Below are positions 18,301 through 25,418 of a stretch of 64,000 nucleotides of DNA, piece after piece (position 1 is the first letter of the stretch; each line of letters begins with the position of its first letter). The DNA is taken from positions 32,001-96,000 of the IMG/VR virus record IMGVR_UViG_3300007511_000007; one strand, 5' to 3'. Both the position numbers and the translations under genes were made by a program. The notes under the pieces are model-generated. The model searched no databases, was not told where the DNA came from, and saw only the letters and a program-made list of their open reading frames with translations. The DNA is from a virus.

Positions 18301-21300
18301 TGATCTTTTTCTTGTCTTTGTACTTGGCCGCAACCCGGATCGCCTGTGCTACCATTCTACCGGCTTCTTTGCTGATCCCCTCCCAGTAAGGGTCGACGGA
18401 ATAATCAGAGGGCAGTTCACCCTCCTCCTTGAGCTTCTCGACTCCTCTCTCAACATAGATGTCTTGATAGTCCCGGTCATTTCGGATCACCCAAGTACAG
18501 AACTTCCACAAAGCGTCCAACTCTTCTCGTCTCGGGGGGCGAGCAATTTCAGGATGAGCCAAATAATGCTCAACGATGTCGTGAAGGGCTGGTTCAAGAA
18601 TATCCGCTGGGCCGTCCCCGATCACATAACCTGCTTGATTACCTGGGTCCATCTGCAAAGTCTCAGGATGAATTGCCCAATACCCGGCTTGCTTCGAGAA
18701 ACGAATTGCTACCCTCTTCGAACTCCCCTCAACGCCCCGACGGGCCAGTTGGAAACGCTTCCCCAACTCCGGGTAGAAACTAAAAACTTCCTGCGGTACT
18801 TCTTTGCCCCCCATCAGAGCCTTTGCGATTTCCCTCTTGTGCCTTGACCGATAAAACGCCAAATCCATCTCTCGTTTAGCGTCAAGTTCCTTCTTTTCCT
18901 TGCGGTACCCCACTTCTTCAGCAAACTGTTTTTCTAGCCTCTGACGCATAAAGACCTTTTTTGCCAATCCCTTGAGAACCCCTTTCTCTCTCCTTGTTCG
19001 GTTCGGGGTCGCAAACAAAGTGCCCCCGAGAAACGTAGCGAACTCTGCCTCCGTCGCCATTTCTCTAGGGTTAATGCCCTGTTCTCTCACCCATGCATCA
19101 AAAGGCAGATCCGGGCGTCTGATCTCTCGGAGCAGTCCTGAGTCACGGATGAACTCAGGTAAGGACATCTGCCAAAACTCCTTTCGAGATGCCCCTACCC
19201 TTTTCTCCAAATGCTCGTGCATTTCAGCATTGTTACTCCCCCACCCATGCGCGAGGGGATTTGCTGGAGTCAATGAGATCTTCTCCAGCTTCGGAAGTCC
19301 CCACACCTCGATGTCCTCCACATCCCACGCCCCTGTGGGCAGCTTCCCCTTGAATTCGCTATCAACGCCCTCCAGATAGCCCAACGTCGTATGCGGGCGA
19401 TAAATGTGCGGTGAGACATCTACAAGGTCAAAGCCTGCCTCCTGGTACGCCTCAGCAAGCCTCCAGCGTAATTCGGAGATAGGTCTCTCAAACCGAATGT
19501 TCATATGCGGGATCGCCAAGTCTTTCTCAGCATTACGGAAATAATCGACCTGATGGAACTCGGCTTTGGTCGTCGGCGTACCCAACCCACCAGGGATGAT
19601 GGTTTCGGCAATATCGAGGAATTCCTGTTCTCGCCCTTTCACATCCCCGACAATCAAGAAGGTGATATGCTCCGGGGAATCATCATTGGCCAGTTCAGGA
19701 AACTGCTTCCCGAGTTTTTCGGGAACTCGGATGAAGAATCCTGCCGATGTGGAATCCCCCGTGACGCTGCCGTCCCCACCGGCAGTCTTACGGCTTTTCT
19801 CTTCCCAATACTCTGGGGGGTTGGACCATTCGTTCGACTCTCCCAGCAATTGCTTTGCTCTCTGAGAGTACCACCACAAAGTGGAGCTTGCAGAATCAAT
19901 GAACTCTTCCACTGCTTTGGGCTTCGGTCCCGGTGGCTCATCTTTCAAACTGTATGGGACTCCAATATCAAACCCACTGTTTTTGACCCCAATCCACGCA
20001 CGCCTCAGTTCCTCCTTCTGCTCCTCAGGAAGTGCCATGACTTGCTGCATGGTCACATTGTAATGCTCACAAATGAGATCAACCCACGGATTTAGCTTTC
20101 TATCGGTGATATTTTTGATGCTCCGAAGGAGGTGGTCAACTTCCACGCCATCTATAGGTCGGCCTAATGCGTCCCGGTACTCCATGTCGATTCTGTCAAT
20201 GAAGTCCCCGGCCATATCCAAGGGGCCATCCCCAGTCCAATGCCCCGCATCGGGAACCTCTGGAATTTTCTCTGGATTCAACTCCCACCATGAGGCAGTT
20301 TTCAGGAACCGGGTTGCTACCTTTTGAGCAGGCCCCCTACGCTTCGTGATTTCGTCCATGACCGCATCCGTTAGATCGGGTTTCTTTGCCAACTCGGGCT
20401 TCTCCAGCATCAACTCTCGGGCAATCTGGAATGGAATCTGTCGTTCCGGGCCTTCCAAATTATGAATCTCAAACACTAGCCGTTGATCCACAAGAGGGCG
20501 TTGCAGGAGCTTAAGGAAGTTGTCCGCTTCCTTCGGCTTCATGCCCAGAGTGATCTTACGCAACGTTTCTTGCTGCTCAGGGGACAAGAATGAGATTGGA
20601 GACCGAACCTGAATCCCCAATCCCGCAAGATCCAACAAGAGTCCGACCCCCTTATCATTCAGGTGTCCGGAAAGGTAGCTGGCAAACGCGTTGTTCTCCC
20701 GCACCATCTCAGCGATGACTTTGAGAAGCCCCAACTTCTGCATGAGCTTCAGAGAGTCTCGGGCGTTCTTTTCCCTGATAACATTCTCCACCATGAGCTT
20801 GCCGATTGCTTCCCAAGGAGCTTTCTTCATCTTGGGGGCATTGCGTTTGATAGCGGCAGCAATCTGGGGTGGAATCGTGAAACCGTACTTAGCAACAAAC
20901 TTCACGGCACGCAATAAGCGAGTTGGATCATCAGAGAACGTTTTGTCTGGATCAGACGGGCAACGGAGTTCTCCTTTCTGAAGATCACGTAAGCCACATC
21001 CCGTGATATCCACGATCTCAGCTTTATCCGGCCCCTTAGCGATCTCAGCCAATTCCCACATCAAGGTATTGAGCGTAAATTCCCGCCTCAACACATCTTC
21101 TTTAATTGTCGCAGGTTCAACCGTATGGGGTTTGTACCCTTTCCCGCCCTGGCCTCCATATGACTCTTTTCGGGCATTGGCAATCTCAAGTACCTCACCC
21201 TTCATGTCATGGCCGTCCAGATCCCAATGATCCTTCACAGTAACGATAGCAACCCCGTAGTTGTTCGTGACCACACTGGTTCTGACAGGGATCGCTTTGA

Positions 21301-21523
21301 CCAACTGGTTCGCAAACCATGCGGAGTCTCTGCCCTTCAACGCAATTGTATCAATTACAACATCCACATCCTTGATTGGAGCTTTGAGGAGATGATTTCG
21401 AACAGCCCCACCCACGATGTAAATGTGTTTGTCTGCCCGAGATTTCTTTGCGACTGAGGCCAGAAACTTGGCGAGGATTATTGCTCGCTTGTTTCTTCCT
21501 CGAATAGCTGTTTTTGAAACCAC
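15380..21523 (-). CDS. 2047-aa multi-domain protein: CCA/poly(A) polymerase-family nucleotidyltransferase + 2H phosphoesterase + DNA topoisomerase IB + unknown domains
   Basis: GGAVRN/DVDV/EDVLRREFTLN/DDPTRLLRAVKF; HITF and HTTL; YERVGN/GKSG/AKDMR/VGHT/SDY. GTG start with GAGGT RBS. Confidence 0.88.
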   Translation of the reverse strand: MVSKTAIRGRNKRAIILAKFLASVAKKSRADKHIYIVGGAVRNHLLKAPIKDVDVVIDTIALKGRDSAWFANQLVKAIPVRTSVVTNNYGVAIVTVKDHWDLDGHDMKGEVLEIANARKESYGGQGGKGYKPHTVEPATIKEDVLRREFTLNTLMWELAEIAKGPDKAEIVDITGCGLRDLQKGELRCPSDPDKTFSDDPTRLLRAVKFVAKYGFTIPPQIAAAIKRNAPKMKKAPWEAIGKLMVENVIREKNARDSLKLMQKLGLLKVIAEMVRENNAFASYLSGHLNDKGVGLLLDLAGLGIQVRSPISFLSPEQQETLRKITLGMKPKEADNFLKLLQRPLVDQRLVFEIHNLEGPERQIPFQIARELMLEKPELAKKPDLTDAVMDEITKRRGPAQKVATRFLKTASWWELNPEKIPEVPDAGHWTGDGPLDMAGDFIDRIDMEYRDALGRPIDGVEVDHLLRSIKNITDRKLNPWVDLICEHYNVTMQQVMALPEEQKEELRRAWIGVKNSGFDIGVPYSLKDEPPGPKPKAVEEFIDSASSTLWWYSQRAKQLLGESNEWSNPPEYWEEKSRKTAGGDGSVTGDSTSAGFFIRVPEKLGKQFPELANDDSPEHITFLIVGDVKGREQEFLDIAETIIPGGLGTPTTKAEFHQVDYFRNAEKDLAIPHMNIRFERPISELRWRLAEAYQEAGFDLVDVSPHIYRPHTTLGYLEGVDSEFKGKLPTGAWDVEDIEVWGLPKLEKISLTPANPLAHGWGSNNAEMHEHLEKRVGASRKEFWQMSLPEFIRDSGLLREIRRPDLPFDAWVREQGINPREMATEAEFATFLGGTLFATPNRTRREKGVLKGLAKKVFMRQRLEKQFAEEVGYRKEKKELDAKREMDLAFYRSRHKREIAKALMGGKEVPQEVFSFYPELGKRFQLARRGVEGSSKRVAIRFSKQAGYWAIHPETLQMDPGNQAGYVIGDGPADILEPALHDIVEHYLAHPEIARPPRREELDALWKFCTWVIRNDRDYQDIYVERGVEKLKEEGELPSDYSVDPYWEGISKEAGRMVAQAIRVAAKYKDKKKIKNKDGDEQVVYEYTDGQVQHRHREKAKKLEQLEKEYPKLRKQVEKDLNAKDDKKKQTAMAVALINETYERVGNEDSADKGHYGVTGWKASHISFKEGKAVLKYTGKSGVKHTKEVTDSKLISALKAAAKGKGDDEEVLPDVSASDINEYLKPYEITAKDMRGFHANREMRKALGKVRKKGPALPHARKEKDKILKEEFKKALEEVADIVGHTTSILRSDYLVPGLEDSYVHDGSVQKGKKVAIININNATDGPEGDGDEWVLRGDLGLQSSLTGYEQAIMQDMDIHQQPILKTPKGYFLRGHQVDDDAVDELIAAGYLEDCDQGVRQSALYEAKLKLYRSASGDRLYDLHVRRGETVAQIMQILQPEHWRLTCPICGNKNQCRCPQRVHEHAEVLEMPAVCGSCEEKFKQATKDHGEKEDEEAERLVRPEPKKKPPRNDLRREQVKPEDDPDVDHGDRGDDKDMSLNYKRIASRWLISEDIPSPGRVAFWHLMMAGDTPEWAVGKKFDHQTEGGEVTQVGWNSLSPEEQAKYKSDEADEQGESEKEPKEEEAGVSGAKKELAELEGPDEEKAALEEALGNLESAFAIEDAEKAKDALEEAKFRAERLLGKLEDKNSMDIILTTLEEGEKVVAEKQKQQKAEKKQQEKKEVAEKKWRETPEGTIESLGVDPDSKDLAKDSYKALTEASPKEREELSENIRGQLDELMNEDEPDKERLMKLDQMYNGVCLAQVVNDETPDLPDGQELSPQVVTLAKALKDTPGQDPSLLLGSMQDFCGPQGREGIKGAMGQMNNQQLYEFAGGEDSPYADIFDALNEVGEDGRPVVGEAQAAYARNMLERLLLNDMTYSHTAIKSAYEQLDEDEGAEDGEKGKKKKDKKTKNVEKKVSQTLDSCLRDTGAQVETFLEAIKSDASEDEIRELGKELELAQMESVASALAEFPQEGNRALQLIQEMLRDRDPERGDKFKTEPPLGGK

Positions 21524-21539
21524 ACGTCACCTCTAGCAC

Positions 21540-21568
21540 CTACTTCCCTGCAAACTATCGAAGGAATA
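21540..21568 (-). promoter_or_regulatory. Putative phage late promoter TATT-N4-CGATA-N12-GTAG
   Basis: Shared motif in the 46-nt gap between the portal gene and the 2047-aa gene. Confidence 0.5.
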
Positions 21569-21569
21569 A

Positions 21570-24500
21570 CTAGAAGCGACCGCCATCATCCTTCGGCGGC
21601 TCATACTCCAAACCCAATTTCTCAGCGATCTGCTTCACAATTTCCGTACCTTCCACAAGTTTCGCAGCAACATCGTTGTAGACGCCCCGCACCATCTCAT
21701 TGAAGGTAGGATCGTTTACTGTCCACAGATCCCGCTCCACCTTCTCACGGGTTCTTTCAGGATCAATGTTCAGAAGCTCAAGAATAATCTCGATGTCCAG
21801 CGACCCTTTCTGGTACAGGTTGAAGAGATGGTCGAACGTGTCGGAGTTGTCCCTCAAAGCCAACCGGGTAAAGGACACAGAGGGGTAGATGACATTCTCG
21901 TCATCATACTCATCAGCCTCAATGAACCCCATACGGCGGCACATTGGTTTGAAAAGTTGCTCCTCAATGAAGTCTTGAAGGATCTCACGCAAGAGCATGT
22001 ATCTGGTATTGATGACCTCAAGATTGATCCGGTCTCCCGAATAGCTGGATTCTCCTGAAAGAAGACTTTCTGTGACACCCAGACCCGAATACATCTGGCG
22101 ATCTGTGCGGTCATAAAGGTTCGACCAATCCGGAACTCGTGTGTCAGACCCCATCTCCTCCCAATTAACCTGGAAGTTGGTGACGATTGAGAAATCGGGG
22201 TCTGCCAGAGCCATATCAACCTGATCCCGCAATTCCTCGATATCGTCCACATCCATACCCTCGGCCCAGACAATTCTGATGGGAGTCATGTGACGAGAAG
22301 CTATCGACGTTTCCGCCTGCCTAATCTTGTCTCGAAAAACGAGTATTCTCATGCAGTTGTGTACCAAAACCTCATGTGTTACTAGAGATTCGTCGTCTTC
22401 TACATCGAAGGAATAAACGATGCCTTTGTAATGCACTGCCTGTGTTTCCTTGATTTTTCTCAACAGCTTCTTTGATCCGGACCAACCAGTGTCTTTGCCC
22501 GCCCGATTCACTGCGGAGAGCTTACCCTCCCCTTTCACTGTCTGCTCGGCCCACTTCTTGACATCCTCGGTGGAGCAACAAGAGAGACCCCAAAAGTCTT
22601 TCTTTCCGTATTGGTATGTCTTCTCTTGCCACCCGGCTGCTGTTTTCCACTTCCGGGACCAATTACGTGCTTGCCGACTCCTTTTTTTAATCTGTGTTTT
22701 GATCCCAACACGATTACAAAGAAGATGGATCTGATGAATCAACAAGCGGTTATCGAGTTGGATTTCAATTTGCGCTGCGTTCTCATCCCAATGCAACCAA
22801 CCATCTGTATCCAGCAATCCCTTAAGGAATGCTAAGATCCGTTCCTCGCCCAAATTGAAGACCCATTCAGGGACACTTTTACCCGAAGCCCCATGTCCAA
22901 ACTCTTCCATGAACCATCGGGCCAAAAGCATATCTCCGATTCTGATTTGTGTGGCCTCCAGGTCCGCTTCACCCACCCCAAACAAGTTCCCTCTGTCCAA
23001 GCCCCCGAATTGACTTAAGACGCCTTCAACTTTTTGTTTGAGTTTCTCATCTCGTTCACCCTTCCCAAAAGTCCATGCCAGACTATGCGTGTTGAGTAGA
23101 GAATCTTTTTGTGTCCAGACACAACCATCCCCCAACCAGGTTCCAACCAGATACATAAAGTCATCTGATATAGAGATCTTGGAAACAGGGGAACTCAAAC
23201 TTTTCGTGACGACTGCTCCTGGGACACGGATTTCTTTTGCTATTGGATGCCAAAGAGTTCCGTTTCCCTTTCCTCGGCCTTTGAACACCTTTTCGGTCTG
23301 CAGGCCAATTTGATTCCGCAGCCGTGAGACACAGGCACGGAGACCTGCATAGGTATGTCCAGTGATCCCCCTAATGGCTTCATAAGAAGCCTCAGTCGGT
23401 TCTTCTAATCCCTTGAGCCAATTGATCAGACGGGTAGACTTCTTGACGGCTTCTATCCGCCCTGCGTCATCCTGCTCATATTCAAAAGAAACAACAAGCT
23501 CTCCCGCTCCTGATGTGTCTGCCTCTATAGCAGTGATTTTCCGCTCCCGTCTCTCAAACCCTTTCTGGTTCTCCCTGAAGCGTCTATCAACTTCAAGTTC
23601 TTTTCCCCGCCACCAGTCGGCCAAATCAATCTCAGTAATCGGATTGGACTCAGGAACCACTTGCGCTTCTTTAACCAAATCGCCTTCTTTGAACTCTTGT
23701 GCTTCAATCCACTCTTCTGTCTCATCTTCGTTGACCCGCAGGATGCGGTGATCGGAAGTTACTGCCAAAGGCCGTTCAATACCCGCCACAGAAAGAATAG
23801 TTATTTCCTCATCTACGGGGCGAGAGCCTTTCTGAGCTTTACGGAATCTACCTTTGTGGGTCAACAGAGAATCCACTTCAACGTCCACGTCTTCTACAGG
23901 AATTTGCTGAATGATACCGTTTCGTTTGACTGTGACCAGAGTGCCGGGTAGTAAGCAACGTTCCAGTAAGGAAGAACCCCGTGGCTCATATTGGGACTTC
24001 TTTCTGCACATGTAGTAGACAAAACTACCCGCGTCCGGATCTGTGTTCAAAGGAATGTTTCGTCCTTGAAGAATTGCAGACGTGACATCCCCCGGCATCG
24101 AATTTACAACCCGAATTGCGTCTCTGTCTCCCATATTGGCTTTCTGGATCACGTCCTTGGTCTTCGAGTCGGCTACCAACTCAATGATCTTCTCGTCCGT
24201 GAACGGGAATGCCTCCATATGAATCTGCTCAGGGGGTAGCACTCTGAGCGCAGTCCATCCTTTGTAGTTCTTCTTGAGCCACCCAACCGCCCGTGCATTG
24301 GCGTCTTCACGCAATTGCCATCGTTCAATTGCTTTGCCGTCTGGGGTCAGTTCCCGAATCGCCTCTTCACGAATCTCTTTCGGCATCTCCGGATTATTGT
24401 CCTCACAGAAAATGAAAACTTCGCCCAGCAAATGGTAGTCGTGGACAATCTCAATCAGACGATGGAGAATCTCATTTTTCTTGCACCACCGCTCACAAAA

Positions 24501-24869
24501 TTCGAGGGCTTTCTCCGCAAGCGTCCGGTTCTTGGCCTTGGGCATCCCCAAACGAAGTTTGGAGAGAGGCAGTTCCGTGTGGAGGTCAATCGCCTGCCCG
24601 ACAAAACAATCAGTTTTGTACCAGAACCGGTAATAGTTCCGTTGCTCGTCAATGCTCTGTGGAAGTTCAAGGAAGTCCGTGGATAACTCAGGAGAATAAA
24701 AGTTCCCCCCGGAACCCCCAACGGTACCACCTACCGTTGGGTAAGCCACCTTTGAGCGCATCGCAGAAGACATGATCTTGCGGGGTTTCCCCGTGGACAC
24801 TTTGGGTCTCGGGGGGATCTTCTTTACCTCTACGGCAGTGTCATTCTGTGCCCGTTCTTCTTTGGTCAT
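21570..24869 (-). CDS. Portal protein, intein-containing (1099 aa precursor, about 565 aa spliced)
   Basis: Follows terminase; size after splicing and portal-like segments (QAIDLHTELP, YHLLGEVFIF, RGSSLLERC, GLGVTESLL). Confidence 0.8.
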   Translation of the reverse strand: MTKEERAQNDTAVEVKKIPPRPKVSTGKPRKIMSSAMRSKVAYPTVGGTVGGSGGNFYSPELSTDFLELPQSIDEQRNYYRFWYKTDCFVGQAIDLHTELPLSKLRLGMPKAKNRTLAEKALEFCERWCKKNEILHRLIEIVHDYHLLGEVFIFCEDNNPEMPKEIREEAIRELTPDGKAIERWQLREDANARAVGWLKKNYKGWTALRVLPPEQIHMEAFPFTDEKIIELVADSKTKDVIQKANMGDRDAIRVVNSMPGDVTSAILQGRNIPLNTDPDAGSFVYYMCRKKSQYEPRGSSLLERCLLPGTLVTVKRNGIIQQIPVEDVDVEVDSLLTHKGRFRKAQKGSRPVDEEITILSVAGIERPLAVTSDHRILRVNEDETEEWIEAQEFKEGDLVKEAQVVPESNPITEIDLADWWRGKELEVDRRFRENQKGFERRERKITAIEADTSGAGELVVSFEYEQDDAGRIEAVKKSTRLINWLKGLEEPTEASYEAIRGITGHTYAGLRACVSRLRNQIGLQTEKVFKGRGKGNGTLWHPIAKEIRVPGAVVTKSLSSPVSKISISDDFMYLVGTWLGDGCVWTQKDSLLNTHSLAWTFGKGERDEKLKQKVEGVLSQFGGLDRGNLFGVGEADLEATQIRIGDMLLARWFMEEFGHGASGKSVPEWVFNLGEERILAFLKGLLDTDGWLHWDENAAQIEIQLDNRLLIHQIHLLCNRVGIKTQIKKRSRQARNWSRKWKTAAGWQEKTYQYGKKDFWGLSCCSTEDVKKWAEQTVKGEGKLSAVNRAGKDTGWSGSKKLLRKIKETQAVHYKGIVYSFDVEDDESLVTHEVLVHNCMRILVFRDKIRQAETSIASRHMTPIRIVWAEGMDVDDIEELRDQVDMALADPDFSIVTNFQVNWEEMGSDTRVPDWSNLYDRTDRQMYSGLGVTESLLSGESSYSGDRINLEVINTRYMLLREILQDFIEEQLFKPMCRRMGFIEADEYDDENVIYPSVSFTRLALRDNSDTFDHLFNLYQKGSLDIEIILELLNIDPERTREKVERDLWTVNDPTFNEMVRGVYNDVAAKLVEGTEIVKQIAEKLGLEYEPPKDDGGRF
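22356..23957 (-). mobile_element. Intein (534 aa) with LAGLIDADG endonuclease in portal
   Basis: N-terminal CLLPGT, block B TSDHRI, LVGTWLGDG and FLKGLLDTDG, C-terminal VYSFDV...LVHN followed by +1 Cys. Confidence 0.92.
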
Positions 24870-24876
24870 GGATCAC

Positions 24877-25173
24877 CTATTTAGCCGCGGCTTCCCGCTG
24901 TTTAGCCCGCTCCTCTTTTCGTTTCTGACGAGCCTGCATCGCCCGCTCGTCCTCAGTAATCAAATCAGGATCTTCCATACCCGCCATATCTCGTAGTCCC
25001 CTGACAGAATTGAAAGCATCCATCAGTCGGCCAATGTCCCGCCTGGTCTTCTTCAGAGCGGGCACTTTACGAGAAGTGCTGTTGCGGCGGGTAAATCTGG
25101 CACAAAGATCAAGGGCATCCCCGAGGGAACGTTTAGCATCCTTGAGCTTCCTGTCGATTTCGGCTTCGATCAT
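24877..25173 (-). CDS. Hypothetical protein (98 aa)
   Basis: ORF translationally coupled within the terminase-portal operon. Confidence 0.7.
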   Translation of the reverse strand: MIEAEIDRKLKDAKRSLGDALDLCARFTRRNSTSRKVPALKKTRRDIGRLMDAFNSVRGLRDMAGMEDPDLITEDERAMQARQKRKEERAKQREAAAK

Positions 25174-25418
25174 GTCACATCCTTCTTCGACACTATACCT
25201 GTGGAGATCGCCGCCTTCACAGTCTTCCGCAAAAGAGACATCTCATCCGTAGATCCCAGAAAGAGTTTCTCCCACGATCCCCCGGCTTTTTGGAACACTT
25301 CAGAGATCTTGTTGTATTCCTCAGCCTTGTCCAGAAATTTGCCGGGACTCACATCCAACAGCCGGGCGATCATTCGATGATCAGCACGGGTTGGTTTTAT
25401 CGCCGTGAGCGTGACCAT
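25170..25418 (-). CDS. Hypothetical protein (82 aa)
   Basis: Start MVTLTA at 25418 with GGAGGGG RBS; ATGA overlap with the next gene. Confidence 0.65.
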   Translation of the reverse strand: MVTLTAIKPTRADHRMIARLLDVSPGKFLDKAEEYNKISEVFQKAGGSWEKLFLGSTDEMSLLRKTVKAAISTGIVSKKDVT

